The position numbers and the translations under genes are program-made. Below, in pieces: positions 45,355-59,983 of a DNA stretch of 64,000 bases. Source of the stretch: the human T2T-CHM13v2.0 reference genome, Homo sapiens. How positions within the stretch are numbered: position 1 is the stretch's first letter; each line of letters begins with the position of its first letter. The notes below the pieces were generated by a model. The model made no database searches, had not been told where the DNA came from, and saw only the letters and a list, made by a program, of their open reading frames with translations. The stretch lies in assembly GCF_009914755.1 (NCBI RefSeq), contig NC_060925.1. One strand, written 5' to 3'.

Positions 45355-46100
45355 TTCTTTTAATCCAAAAATATTTACAGAGTATCTACATTCTTAAAAA
45401 CACTATGCTAGGCACCAGAGTTAGTAAGAAATAAGAGAGACATAGGCTCTGCTCTCATGGAGCTTAAGAGAAGGACATAACCAACTATTTATACAGTAAA
45501 TTGTTGAATTAAAGTTGTGTTTAGGTGTCATTAAAAAAGAGGCTTTAAGTGCTATAAATGTGTAAAGCAAGTAAACTTGACTTTGTGAGTCAAGGAAGGC
45601 TTGCAGTAAGTGTGGAAAGACAGGCAGGAGTTAAATAGGCAAAAGGTTAGAAGGATGAGTGCTCAAGGCAAAGGGAACAGCACATGTGAAGCCTATGAGG
45701 AAGGAGAAAGCATGCATATTAAAGGATCTAATAAAAGTCTAGCATAATTGAAAAGAAGAAAAAGAACCAAAATGACAGTGGAAGAGAAAAGGCAGAGACA
45801 ATAGTAAGAAGACTTTATGTGGGGCCTTGTAGGCTAGAATTTTTATCTTTACTGTGACATCAGTGGGAAGCCATTGAAGAGTTCTAAGCATGAAAAAAAT
45901 TGTATTTCTTTCAAAGACTATTCTGGCTGCAGTGTGGAGAATGATGAGAAGGAAATAAGGATGATGCAAAGAGACCAGTCAGGGGAGTGGAACAGTATTC
46001 TAGGTGAGAGATGATTATATCTTGGATAAGGAAATGCCAAAGGAGATGGGGAGAAATACATAAACACAAATGATATTTGACGGGTAAAAGTGACATAATT
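45355..46100 (-). mobile_element. L2, continuing after THE1 at ~48400-48830
   Basis: ctatgctaggcacc...ctgctctcatggagctt...aaagactattctggctgcagtgtggagaatg. Confidence 0.7.
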
Positions 46101-48395
46101 TGATATAGTTTGGCTGTGTGTCCCCACCCAAATCTCACCTTGCAGCTCCCATAATTCCCACGTGTTGTGGGAGGGACCTGGTGGGAGATGACTGAATCAT
46201 GGGGACAGGTCTTTCCTATGCTGTTCTCATGATAGTGAGTGGGACTGACGAGATCTGATGGGTTTAAAAATGGGAGTTTCTCTGCACAATTTCTCTTTGC
46301 CTGCTGCCATCCATGTAGGATGTGACTTGCTCTTCCTTATCTTCTGCTATGATTGTGAGCCTTCCTCAGCCATGTGGAACTAAGTCTAATCAAACCTCCA
46401 TGTTTTGTAAATTGCCCAGTCTCAGGTATGTCTTTATCACAAGTGTGAAAACAGACTAATACAGTAAATTGATATCAGTAGAGTGGGGCGCTGCTGAAAA
46501 GATACCCAAAAATGTGAAAGCAACTTTGGAATTGGGTAACAGGCAGAGGTTGAAACAGTTTAGAGGGCTCAGAGGAAGCAGGAAAATGTGGGACAGTTTG
46601 GAACTTCCTAGAGATTTGTTGAATGGCTCTGACAAAAATGCTGATAGTGATATGAACAATAACATCCAGGCTGAAGTGGTCTCAGATGGAAATGAGGAAC
46701 TTGTTGGGAACTAGAGTAAAGGTGACTCTTGCTATGTTTTAGCAAAGAGACTGGTGGCATTTTGTCCCTGGCCTAGAGATTTATGGAACTTTGAACTTGA
46801 GAGTGATGATTTAGGGTACCTGGTGGAAGAAATTTATAAGCAGGAAAGTATTCAAGAGGTGACTTGGGTGCTGTTAAAGGCATTCAGTTTCATAAGGGAA
46901 GCAGAGCATAAAAGTTCAGAAAATGTGCAGCCTGACAATGCAATAGAAAAGAACATTCCATTTTCTGAGTAGAATCCAAGCCAGCTGCAGAAATTAGCAT
47001 AAGTAATGAGGAGCTGAATGTTAATCCCCAAGACAATGGGGAAAATGTCACCAGGGCATGTCAGAAGTCTTCATGGCAGCCCCTCTTATCACAGGCCCAG
47101 AGGCCTAGGATGAAAAAGTTGTTTCATGGGCTACACCCAGGGTCTCCCTACTGTGTGCAGCCTAGGGACTTGTTGCTCTGTGTCCCAGCTGCTTTCACCA
47201 TGGCTGAAAGGGGCCAATGTAGAGTTCAGACTGTGGCTTCAGAGGATGCAAGCCCCAAACCTCTGAGCATACAAATGGTGTTGAGCCTGCCAGTGCACAG
47301 AAGTCAAGAACTGGGGCTTGGGAATCTCTGCCTAGATTTCAAAGATGTATGGAAATGCCTGGATGCCCAGGCAGAAGTTTGCTGCATGGGTGGGGCCCTC
47401 ATGGAGAACCTCTGCTAGAGCAGTGTGAAAGGGAAATGTAGGATTGGAGTCCCCACACAGAATCCCTACTGGGGCACCACCTAGCGGAGCTGTGAGAAGT
47501 GGGCCACCATCCTCCAGACCCCAGAATGATAGGTCCACCAACAGCTTGCACTGTGTGCCTGAAAAAGCTGCAGACACTCGACACCAGCCCATGAAAGCAG
47601 CCGGGAAGAAGGCTGTACCCTGAAAAGCCACAGGGGCAGAGCTGCCTAAGACCATGGGAACCCACCTCTTGCATCAGCATGACCTGGATGTGAGACATGG
47701 AGTCAAAGGAGATAGTTTTGGAGCTTTAAAATTTGACTACCCTGTTGGATTTTGGACTTGCATGGGGCCTGTAGCCCCTTTGTTTTGGCCAATTTCTCCC
47801 ATTTGGAATGACTGTATTTATCCAATGCCTGTACCCCCATTGTATCTAGGAAGTAACTTACTTGCTTTTGATTTTACAGGCTCATAGGCAGAAGGGATTT
47901 GCCTTGTCACCAAGATGAGACTTTGGACTGTGGAACTTTTGAGTTGAAACGAGTTGAGACCTTGGGGAACTGTTGGGAGGGCATGATTGGTTTTGAAATG
48001 TGAAGCTACGAGATTTGGGAAGGGCCAAAACGATATGATTTGGCTCTGTGTCCCCACTCTAATCTCATCTTGTAGCTCCTATAATTCCCATGTGTTATGG
48101 GAGGAACCTGGTGGGAGACAATAGAATCATGGGGACAGGTTTTTCCCCTGCTGTTTTCATAATAGTAAATGGGACTCACGAGATCTGATGGTTTTAAAAA
48201 TGAGAGTCTCTCTGCACAAGCTCTCTTTGCCTGCCACCATCCATGTAAGATGTGACTTGGTCCTCCTTGCCTTCTGCCATGATCGTGAGGCTTCTACAGC
48301 CACATGGAACTGTAAGTCCAAATAAACTTCTTTCTTTTGTAAATTACCCAGTCTCAGATATGTCTTTATCAGCAGTGTGAAAACAGACTAATACA
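46101..48395 (+). mobile_element. Full-length THE1B (LTR 46101-46463, internal 46464-48030, LTR 48031-48395)
   Basis: Two ~364-bp TGATAT...CTAATACA LTRs around a ~1.57-kb THE1-int; TSD taatt/gaatt. Confidence 0.93.
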
Positions 48396-48980
48396 GAATT
48401 TAACCACAGTTTATGGGGAGGGGAAAGAGAAGTTCATGATGATGTTTATGTTTATGGACTAAATAACTATGTCTAATCAAATGGTTGTGCCAGCCACTGG
48501 CAAAAGAAACAGAAGTCATGGAATGAGTTTGGAAGACTGATGATTAATTTATTTCTGGACATAGGTGAGATCTCCAGATGAAAGTGTCCTGTGTCATGTT
48601 GACGTTGGATACATGGGTCTGGAATCCAGAGGAATCATCAGGATTAAAAACATACGTTTGAAAGACAATCTACAGGCAAGGGTAAGAATGGCTAAAGAAA
48701 GAGTTCTAACAAGAAGGGCAGAGAGCCAAAGAGCCAAGGCTAAAATCTTAAATCCATACTGAAAAGGATGGGAGGAAGGTTATGAACCAACAAAGGAGAC
48801 TAAGAGGCATGTGGAAAACTGTTGTGCATTTCTCAAAATCAGCAATCAGAATGTTTTGTAGTAACTAAAAAGCAATAGGAAAATGAAACATCTTCTGTGC
48901 TATGTGTTTTAAAAGATTGTAGCAACTAATAGTCACAAGCACAAAAACACTCAGGAAATGACATTGCCTTTTGCTTTTAC

Positions 48981-49005
48981 CCCTCACACCAAACTTCATG
49001 TGGCA
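48981..49005 (-). other. Candidate micro-exon (25 nt)
   Basis: Acceptor cttctttatttctgtattttTAG, donor GG|GTAAAA. Confidence 0.3.
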
Positions 49006-49179
49006 CTAAAAATACAGAAATAAAGAAGCTGTGACATTTAGATATTTTCTTATAATTGTATGTTTTCTTATAATGATTCTTGTTGCTTGCGTTCTGTGCC
49101 CTGCACTGTGTAATGATGCAGAGCATGGAATCCAAGCAACAATGCAGTGCTCCATTACCTAGTTTACACAACAATTAGT

Positions 49180-49730
49180 CAACAGACATTTGTTGAATGT
49201 CTACTATCTGCCAGAGCCTAGGAATACAAGAACGTACAAAATAGATACAATTTTGGAGCTTATCATCTACCAGGCAGATGAACAATTAGAAATAAGCTTA
49301 CAAAGAAAACGTAACTAGTAATTAGGTTCAGTATTTGTAAATGAAATCTACAGGATGCTATGGCAGAATATAACAGGGAAACCTATTTTGTTTACATGGG
49401 AAGTGTTCAGGGGGTAAAAAATCACTCTGAGTAAGTGGCATTCAAGCCTATGTCTAAAAGATGAGTAATAGGTCCCTAAGAGAAAATGGGGAAAGCATTC
49501 CAGGCAGAGACAAGAGCATGCATGGTAGGTCTGAGGAATAAAAGGATTTAGCCAGTATTACTGGAGGGTTTGAATGGAGGAAAGAGTAGTAAAAGATGCA
49601 CTTACAAAGGAAAGGCAGGACCAGATCATGCAGGGCCTCTGTGCCTGGAAAAGGATTTGGGATGTTATCCTAAATGCAATAGATTTGCTCACAAGATCAT
49701 ATATTCCTATTTGTATTTTGAAAAGATCAG
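49180..49730 (-). mobile_element. L2 fragment
   Basis: caacagacatttgttgaatgtctactatctgccag...ggaccagatcatgcagggcc. Confidence 0.65.
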
Positions 49731-49769
49731 TTATTTTTTAAATTTTTGAATTGATTAAAAGTAAAGCAG

Positions 49770-51530
49770 GAGAAACTTCTGCTTCTAACTGTGAAGAATT
49801 AATTGCTGTCCTGCTATAAATAACTAGAAAACCAGAAAAAAAATAAAATACAACAGTTTTCAAGGCAAAGGACTGTAATGCCTAAGGGAAGGGGAGCAAG
49901 CTAGGTTCACCTTCTAGTAGTCCCAGATTATTGCCTGGAAGTAGTGTCCAGGCCAAGGCTCAGAGAAGGGAACCAAAATAGAGTGCAATGATTTCAGCAA
50001 GTTGAGGAGACAGAGATCAGAGTTTGAACAGGTAGAAGCCTAAAATTTGTGGGCAAAATATCAAGAATCTAATGCTATTAAGTGATCAAATACATACAAT
50101 AAGAATCCCCAAAGCAGGAGAAGGGCAGAAAAATATTTGAAAAAATAATGGATAATTTTTTTTTAAATTGGAATAAAATGATAAACACACAAAGCCAAGA
50201 ATTTCATCAAACCCCAGGCAGGATAAACATGAAGTCAACCACACCAAGGAACAATATAATCAAATTGATGAAAAACAGCAAAACAGAAAGTAAAATCTTA
50301 AAAGTAGCCAGAGAAAGACATATATACAGAGAAAGAAAGATAAGAATGAATGACGGTAGACTGCTCATCAGAAAACTAAGACAATGAATGACATCTTTAA
50401 AGTGCTAAAGAGAGAGAAAAAAAAAAAGGACTGTTCGTGTGAAATTCTGTACCAGGAAAAAAAAACTTTCAAAAATGAAGATGAAATAAAGACTTATTTC
50501 AGAACAGCAAAAAGTGAGAGAATTCATTATCAGATCTATATGGTAATGTTAAAATAAGTTCTCTGTCAGAAAGAGAATCATACCAGATAGAAAGTTGAAT
50601 CTACACAAAGGAATTAAGAGCATCAGAAATGATAAATACATAGGTAAATATAAATACAATTTTGTCAGTTTTAATCTCTTCAAATCCTAATAGGCTATTT
50701 AAAGCAAAAACAATATCAATGTATTGTGAAGTTTATAACACATTTAATTTAAATGTGCAACAATAATTAGATCCAGGACAGGAGATTCTTATACTATACA
50801 TGGAGTGGTATAATATTACTTGAATGTAAACTGGTAAGTTAAAGACGTGTCTGCTGTGAACCCTAGAGCAACCATTGCTATGGTGTGAATTTTGTGTCCT
50901 GCTAAAATTCATATGTTAAAATCTTAACTCCCAAGATGATGGAATTAGGAGATAAGGCCTTTGGGAGGTGATAGTTCATGGGGGCAGAGCCTTCATGAAT
51001 GAGATTAGTGTCCTTCTAAGAGAGGCCCAGGAGAAATGGCTCATCCCTTCTACCCTATGAAAACACAGTGAGAAGACCTATCTATAAACGAGGAAACAGG
51101 CCCTCACCAGACACCAAATCTGTTGGTGCCTTAATCTTAGACTTCTCAGCCTCCAGAACTGTGAGAACTAAATTTCTGTTGTTTATAAGCTACCCAGTCT
51201 ATGGTAGTTTGTTAACAGCAGCCCAAGTGGACTAAGACAATTGGTAAAAAATAAAACAAAGTATAGCTATTAAATTATTGGTGTAGATAAAGTACAATAA
51301 TAAAAAATGCTCATTCAAAAAGAAGGAAAGAAAAGAGGAACAAAGGAACGCAGAACAGATAGGACAAATTAATGAATGAACAGCAAGATGCTGGGTTTGA
51401 AACCCAACTCCACTGATAATTAGATTAAAAGTAAATTGTCTAAATACTAATTAAAAGGCAGAGCTTGTAAATTTACATAAATTTTGAAAAAGCAAGAAAC
51501 AACTATCTGCTGTTCATAGAAACACAAATT
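49770..51530 (+). mobile_element. Ancient L1M (MC/MD/ME) 5'/ORF1 fragment, interrupted by MLT1A
   Basis: ORF1-like peptide QTPGRINMKSTTPRNNIIKLMK...KILKVARE (50148-50387). Confidence 0.7.
50876..51239 (+). mobile_element. MLT1A-type solo LTR
   Basis: TGCTATGG...GACTAAGACA, 364 bp. Confidence 0.88.
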
Positions 51531-54500
51531 CTGGGACTGACTATTCAATATAAATTCCTCAATTTCTTAGGTTTTGAGTGCTTTGAGTAGAGCCTATATG
51601 TTTTCAGATTATTGTGGAATGTAAAGTTTTCTTCACTCAATAAGAGAAATACTTTTTTGTTGATACATTGACCACATTATTTTCTTAATAATTACGATAA
51701 CTCAATAATTGTAGAGACTGGTTTATAAAAAAAATTTTCATATCAAAGGCCAAAATTACTTTACTTTCATCTATTACTCTCTGTCAAGTGAAAACGTTTA
51801 TGTCCCACAGTTAAGAGTATCTCTCAAAATACCAAGGCCTTAGAAGTTTCTTTCCTGATACTTCCATACTTGATAATGGCTATAGAATAAATAGCCATTA
51901 GAACACAGATGTCACAAAAATGAAAATAGCAAGCATTTAGACACCTAGGAAATAATCTCTTTGGAATATAATATAACTACTGTTTCAGAGGGGGAAATAG
52001 TTGTGTCTTTCTCACAGGATTGTTTTCAAATATATTATAATATGGTCCACTTCAAATTTTGCCCTTTCAAAGCACAACAATTATTTACCATAAAATAGCT
52101 TGAAAAATGGGAACAATTTTATACATACTGTTAGTATGTATAAAAATATACCTAAAATCATGTTATATTATTTTAATTAACATAGATAGAATGTGACATC
52201 TACAGCCAATCTAGGACTAGGAACCCTGCAGGTGCTAAAAAGCCACCATTATTTTAAAGACACCCTATTTCGCCTGAAGACTGCAAACTTGAGGAGGAAT
52301 AAAAGGAGTTGTTGCTTTTTCTATACAGAGAAAGATACTGACTAGTTAGAGATTTTTATGTAGGCCATAAGCCATATGTGCAAAAAAATGAATAAATGGC
52401 AGCCCAGTTAATCCTCTTATTTTATTTTTTCTTTCAACATGAAGGGATTGTCAATGACCCACTGCACTGTGGTGTGCTATGGCTCATTTTGCTGAATGCA
52501 TAGAGACACTGTTTCAGAATTGTCCTCAATGGTGCCCTAATAGTCTGAGAAATTTGCTAAGGCTTTCCTCTTCTTTCATTAAGATCACCATTTTGCATAC
52601 AGCTCTCAAAGAGCTAATTGCTGGCTGTTCGTTTTATATATGTCACTAGCTCATTGCTGCACTGCTAAGGGGAAAAACACATAATAGAGGAAGGAGAAAC
52701 ATGTAGGTGGAAAAAAGCTTTTGTTATATAATACAAACTTACAATTCATAAAAGCTTATGGAATAAGGTGAAAATTTTATTCACCAGAAATCTTTAGAAG
52801 AAATCTGTTACTTTTTTGAAAAAAAAAAAAAGTACTTTGGTGAAGTGTTTGAAGTGTGGTCCATATATCAAGAATTGTCCTGGGACTGCTATTCATGTGA
52901 CAAGGAGAGGAATTTGAGGAGTGGGCTGTGATTGTATAAAATGGTCATACTTGTGACCCCTCTCAGATATTCAATAAAATTACTGAACTCAAGAAATACT
53001 TGTTAAAACCACTGGTGTGTGTGTGTGTGCACGTGTGCTTAAGAGGCTGTGCTTTTTCACCCAGACTGATGTGATGTAAAATTTGGACATGAAATGCCCT
53101 TTGAAAAAGGCACACATGGAAAAGCAAACGCCCTTTCTGGAGTGAATACTAATGAGCATTGAAGCCTCCAGGTTAGAGTCATCTAATAGTTCTTCTAAGA
53201 GATATGATTTCTATCAGGCTAGTTATGGACACATCTGGACATTTCACTAGGCTGCAAGATCATAGGAGGCCGGAAGAGACTCTTATTCATAGCCTTATCC
53301 AGTTTCCCAGAGTGCATAGCACAGTGTTTTGGACTTACAAGTCCGCAGTGAATAATTGGCAACAAATAAATGAAAACATAATTGCCTTATGATGAGCTAG
53401 TTTTGTTTCACCTCAAAATATTTGTGTAGATAAAAACTTAGAAAGTAAACTTTAGTTTATTTAGTTTAGGTAAATAATCGGTATCCTGCACCAACTGATA
53501 CCATACACAACAGTAGCGATTACAGATGTTTTGACTGAGGGACATATTTATATTACCAATAGAAATGGGAATGTCAAAAATAGGGATTTGGAATGTGCAG
53601 CAAGTTTTACATGTTAAGAAGCTCCTAGAATACTTGGCAGTTGCAAAAAACCTTGATTGCATGAAGGAACCCTTATCTGTTCCGTTTGCTGTCAAGAAAA
53701 CTGGCCCAGAGGGGTTATGTGAATCTTTCCAGGAGGACCAATGGTTAAATGGCCAAACTGGAACTTGGGCCTAGATTTTGACTCTAGGTCTATTGCACTT
53801 TCCACTACCCATAGCTGCTTTCTATTAGGTTGGTGCTAATAGTAGAGACTCAGACTTAACAGAAGCCAGACCTCTTCTCTTCCTGTTGTCTTTATGTGCT
53901 AATTTGAAACAAACAAACAAAAAATAAAATAGTAAAGTCTTCCATTTTCTCTGCTCTCAAAATTCCCAAGGCTTAAGCTAGTTCCATTTATTGACATTAA
54001 ATCCTGATTCATCTCTCAAATGCCTTTGTTGCAAGGATTGGAAGAAAAGCATTCTCTGGGGTAGGCAGTGTTATTTTGGTTGCCTGAAAAAGAACAGAAA
54101 GCTATAGTACTCTCTACGGAATGAATACCTATAGCAATTTCTCACACATATGGCAATTTCATACATACACCGTGAAACAACGCTTAGCAACCTGCTTAGT
54201 AAGGTCAAGCTTCCTCAGCAAACAATGAAATATAAACATATCATACTGCAGTTTCCTATGGCTGGTGAAATTAGATTAGATGGTTGTCTGCTCGTTATAT
54301 GAATCTTCTATCAACTCAGCTGTAGCCAACAGAAATATTGATCTAACACAGAACAAGAAAGCTGATATCTTTAAACTATTGCTTGGCCCTTGGTTATTTC
54401 CCCTAAAGTATATATTTTTATCAATGTATTTTTATTTTGACCTTAAATTCCTAACTAGAGTCTATGATTTAAGGATTTTAAGAAATGAAGCTTTCGCATC

Positions 54501-55166
54501 ATATTTTGCTATTTTACTATCGTTCTATTAAAGATTGGAGAAGCAGAAAAGTTAAATGTTTGCTACGTTAATATGTGCCTGGCTCTATTTGCCTTGCGTC
54601 TTTTGGAAATTGCGAGCAGCTCCATACTCCCTGCTCCCAGGACGCACTTATCTGTTTACTAGCTGTCAAAGTAAATTTATAGTACTGAGTGACACCATTA
54701 GATGGCCTGGGACAGGCCTTGCTGAGCACACACAGATACACTTGCATACCCATTAAGTTGAAATTTTGCCAAGAACCTATTAACCCATCCTAATCAACTG
54801 CTGTTTTCCATTTAAAACACCATTAGTTTCCTATGGTTTGTTGCTCAGGGTATAAGCAGAAAAGACACCATCAAGTGGTTAGAAAGGGTGTTGCTTTGCT
54901 GGATGCCCCTATGCCTCCGGAGAATTTGAATTTGGCATTAGTATGTATCACTTTCTTTCCACCGCTGGAATTAATCATGCATTCCAAATATTTAGGACTA
55001 CCTCACAGAACACAGGATTTTAATACAGTTCATTGCTTAAAGATTGTGGATAATTAATTTGTGCTCAGCCTGCAGAGGCTTTTGTTTCTAAAGAGGACTG
55101 TATAATATAATTGTAACCATATAGAACCGATGACTCTCAGTCTAAAGCTATACGTTAATAGATTAA

Positions 55167-55514
<348 letters not shown>

Positions 55515-57223
55515 TAGTTTTAAATACCTGATACATTATCATAACTTCTAATAATAAAGTCCCTTGTAAGAGCAAGAGTTCTAATAATAGTGAAATGACA
55601 AGTCAGCCAAAAAATGATGTCTGATTTTGTGAGGTTTGCTTTGGGATTGGACACCTAAGAAGATGAAAGATGAAATATCAAAATGTCAAGAGTTTTTTTT
55701 TCAAACAATGCATTCTCTGCAATCAAATTGCAAGGAACAGGATTTACGTTACAGTATCTCAATATAATTTCTTCTTATAAAGAACATGAAAAGTGAAGAA
55801 TTTAGTGAGCCAACTGTATTCCCCAACTCATCAAATAACAAAAACATATACAAACAATTCATTTGAAAAGTTCAAGCAATTCAGAAAAAATACTAAATAC
55901 ATTTCCCAACAATAGGAACACTTTGGTGGTAGGAAGCATTTAAAATAATAGCACTGCTCCATTAGGTTCATTTAAAAAATAAATATTTCACCTTCTTTTT
56001 CCAGGTTGTTAAAATGTTATCTTCATTTATTGTAGCTCTTTAAGCACAAGTTGTTCAAAAGTTAACACTAAACAGGAAATTTAATGTACTAACCAGGTAG
56101 AAGGTGAAACAAGAGGTACAGCAAAAGGAGCCAAGTATTGTGCAAGTGCAGCCCCAGTGTGGGGAATAACAAAGCCATGGTCTTTGCATATTCCTACAGG
56201 TACTCAGCACTATGTTAGGCACATGTTAGGAACTTAATTAAGCATTGGGTGGTTGATTAACTGAGTGATAAAAGATTTATGAATAGTAAAGAGCTTTGTA
56301 AAATGGAACAATTAAAATCAGAGAGAAAGGCCAAAACTAATTGTGTGAAAGTGGCAGATGGTCGATAAAGCTGTGAAGTCCCGAAGTCTGTAAACTTGCA
56401 GAAGCATTGCATTTTAGAGGAACACTGTCAGCAATCAAGGGACCACAGCCTAGTGGAAAAGAAAGAGGCTGCACAGACGATTATCTTCTTGAGAACCCAA
56501 AGGCTGTCAAATAGACAGGCCAACTTAATTAAGAAACTTATTTTAGATGTACCAAGTGTGTCCTAGTCAATCTACTAGAGAGTAAAGACCATGGGTAGTG
56601 GCAGCCCCTACATGGATTCCTCCAGTAATAACAATGCTGTATTCTGAATTATTTGGAGAGGTCAAGTTAGGTCCCCCTTGAACATGCCATGCTATGGGCC
56701 CTTCTTAGCCGCAGAACTCACGGTTCTACCAACACTGCAGAACATCAGAATCGCCTTGCACAGAAAATACCAGAGGGAGGCTACTCCAGGACAGGTTTAG
56801 CCGTCAGCACTCTCAAACAATCCAGCCCTCCCTTCCTCCCTTTCAGTGCCCTTTTTCTCAGGTGAGAAAGGTAACATTTTAAAACGCTTTTTCTTCAGGT
56901 GAGTTTTCTCATGCTTTCACCTCCATCTGGTTTTATTTGTCTCTAGAGAATGATGCCTGAGGGTTCAAAGGAAGTGAAGGTGTCAGAGGTGTTACAGGAT
57001 TTACCCAAGGATGTCCAATACACTAAAACCTACTGACCACATTTCTGCCAAAAAAAGAAACGCTGAAAAATGAACAATGAAAGATTGTGAGAAATAGTTG
57101 ATTAAGATAGGGTTACACAGGGGAGGAGAGGAACTAGGTAGGTTCTTACAAAATTTAGAAGCCAAGCCAAACCGTAGCAGGATTTAGTTAATTTACGGTG
57201 GGAAAATATGATTCTGAAAGTCA

Positions 57224-57405
57224 TTCCTGATCTCTCCTAACACAAAATCATTCCAGGTGTTCTTTTAGGAAGTAGTTAGTTGTTTAAATATTAGAAATGG
57301 TTATTGCTGAAATTGGCAGTGAGTCCAACTGTTTCCAAGCACCAGTTCCATAATCAGAATCCCTAAGGATGGAGCTCAGGCACATGTCCTCTTTAAAAGC
57401 TACAG
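57224..57405 (+). repeat. Inverted repeat, left arm (182 bp)
   Basis: Reverse complement of 59984-60165, 5 mismatches, no indels. Confidence 0.97.
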
Positions 57406-57524
57406 TTAATATGAAAGAAAGCAACACAATAGACAAGGAAACAAGGATATGGTTTCCCGACTAATCACACAAAATGACACTGCAGAAAGACACATCTAAC
57501 CAGTTACAGTGAACATTTGTCTTC

Positions 57525-58082
57525 CTAAAAAAATTATTTTGGCTGTTCAGAATCTGAATGCCCTTTCTAGATTTGGATAATTCTCCATATGTGAAGAAGT
57601 AAGAGTCTACCTCCCACTGTAAAACTTAAAAAGGAGGCTGACTCACTTTCCTAAGCTCTTTGGTAACTAGAGCATGGGCACCTGCCTTAGGCCTGGCCAA
57701 ACAGCTGAAGCCACTCACGACTTTGAATGTGGATCCAGGGCACAAAGAAGCAGGGAGAGAAGAGAATCTATTCTAGCGGCACTGATAGCAGCAGCGGTAT
57801 GGAGCTTCCAGGTGCAGTGGCAGCATCCTTGCCAGCGGGACAAGCTGCAGCGTCCATCTTTCAGCGCTGGTGCAGCGGCGCTTCGCCAGATGGGTGCTCA
57901 TGATATTGGCTGTGTTTCTAGGATCCCAGCACCACTTGGTTCTGCCTCTTTTTGGGGCTCATTTTCCAGCATCCCCAGCAGCCCTGCCGGCTACTCAGGT
58001 TCCATTTAATAAATCCATTTGCTGCTTAAGACAACCAGGGTCAGATCCTGCTGCTTGTCCCCCATCACCTTGACTTGATGCA
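57525..58082 (+). mobile_element. ERVL LTR (LTR33-like)
   Basis: gactttgaa...cacaaagaagcaggg...agaatctattctagcggc...aataaatccatttgctgcttaa; approximate start. Confidence 0.65.
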
Positions 58083-58547
58083 TGAGGCTTGCAGAATTGT
58101 TCAGGGGACCCCTCTACACCACAGCGAGATTCTCTCAGCTTGGTTTTGCATCCTCATTATTTCTCATCATTAAAAGTTAACAGCCCTACATGCTACCTTC
58201 ATTAATTTTTGGGCAAATATGTTTTAAAGTCAGATTGCATTTTGATTTCTATAAATAAGCTATCATTTATTTCTCCTAAACAAATCAGTCTAAATTAGAG
58301 CTTGCCATAGGGATACCAGTCATGCATTGAAATTCCAAAGCATACCAAAATAGAAAAATGCCTGCTATAATAAATGTCCTCAGGATTGGGCCACTTCTAT
58401 TTCTGTAGGCTTACAAAATACTAGCAACAATTATATTTCACACCTCTGATATGCCTGTACACTCAGAATTTTCCTAGAAAATGTGCCATTAATTAATCAT
58501 GTCTCAAGGAAATCACATTATTTATGACTGATACAGATATAACAATA

Positions 58548-58770
58548 CAGTTTAGTGGTTAAGAGCATGGACTCTGCAGCCAGACTGCCTAGGATTAAAT
58601 CCCAGGCTGTGATGGGATTTTGGATGAGTTAGTTAATCTTTTGTGCCTCTATTTCTTATCTTTAAAATGAGAATAATAAAAATGTCGTTGTGAGGATTAG
58701 ATATTTTACACATAAAATGATTAAGACAGTACCTAACCCTTATTAAAAAGCCATTGAAATGTTTGTTTTT
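58548..58770 (+). mobile_element. MIR
   Basis: tagtggttaagagcatggactctgcagccagactgcctagg. Confidence 0.85.
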
Positions 58771-58809
58771 ATTATATTCTCAAATTGTGCCTACTCAGGA
58801 ATGCATGAC

Positions 58810-59174
58810 AGTCATGTGTATGATTAGTCAAATAAAATTCTCTTTCCCTATAGCACATGGTGCTTCTTATCTTCCTTGTGGTTGGATGGAGCCATGTTTC
58901 TAGGTCTGGCCAATGAACCAGTCACATACATTAGTGTATTTAACAGGCAGTGTGAGATTCTCCAGAGTGCTCACTTCCCTCGAGTACGGCAAGGAGGAAT
59001 GTTTGATATGGTGGAGACTGGAGGGCTGGAGTGAATAAAATTAGCAGAGTTCCTTTGCTGCCCTGAGATGGGTATGTTACATGAGCAAGAAATAAACCTC
59101 TGTTGTTTTAAGCAACTGACATTTTGGGGGAGTGTTGTTACTAAAGCATAATGTAGTGTATCCTGACTAATGCA
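58810..59174 (+). mobile_element. Old MLT1 (I/J-like) LTR
   Basis: catgagcaagaaataaacctctgttgttttaagc...tatcctgactaatgca. Confidence 0.7.
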
Positions 59175-59983
59175 GAAAGCATGGCAATTATCTGGATATT
59201 TCAATTAAATAATATTTCCTATTCAAGTGACTAGCATCCTCAGAAATACCTAGAGTGGGATAATACCAGTAAAGAATAAAATTATTTTTCCATTATAGGC
59301 AATCATCCTGCTTACTGCCTCTGTATTTGTCCATCAATTATCCTTGTTAGCAACTCAAGGACAGGGAGTACGTCCTATTAATTTTTGAATCTCAGAATTT
59401 AGCACAGTGCTTGATATACCAGTTGGAACTCATGAAATGTCTGCTAACTCAAATGAAGCTTTAGAGTGCAAATGTGATCCGATCAGATGTTCTCATTGTG
59501 GAAGTTGCTAATCCATGACTTTGGAAGCTAAATTAGCTTCACCAAGAGGGCACTATTTAGCATAATAAACTAAACCTGACAGGCATCCCCAGTACAAGCA
59601 CCAATTTAGAAAGATTTGTTTAGGAAAAAATACACATACAGGATACACATACCACCTGTGTAATTCTGTCATTCCAGTGTCTGATTTTACTTTGGCTTAT
59701 ACTCATAAGAGTATGGCAAAGTAGAGTTGTCAAGAATCTGAGAGATTGTCTACGCAATACCCCATGTTAAATATAACAAAATTGAGGCCCAGGAGCAATA
59801 AATATAATAACTGGTGTCAGGCACAAAGCTAGTTAGTGCCAGAAGTAAGAGTCTTAGTTTTTTTGTCTTTCCACAATACCAAATAGTTTAAAGAGCATAC
59901 ACCATATAGGTGGTCACTAAATACATTATTTTGCATGCAGTTATAAGCAGTGTTTTAACACTGGTTAAATATCAGCATCCTCC

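Noticed and set aside
46456-48057. ORFs in the THE1 internal region
   Set aside because: Fragmented MaLR internal sequence with no continuous frame
46355-48305. PRDM9 hotspot 13-mer in the THE1B LTRs
   Set aside because: Homologous positions read cttcctcagccat and cttctacagccac, neither matching CCNCCNTNNCCNC
54170-54215. RFX half-site (cttagcaac) and AGGTCA as an enhancer
   Set aside because: Short motifs are expected by chance; no supporting evidence
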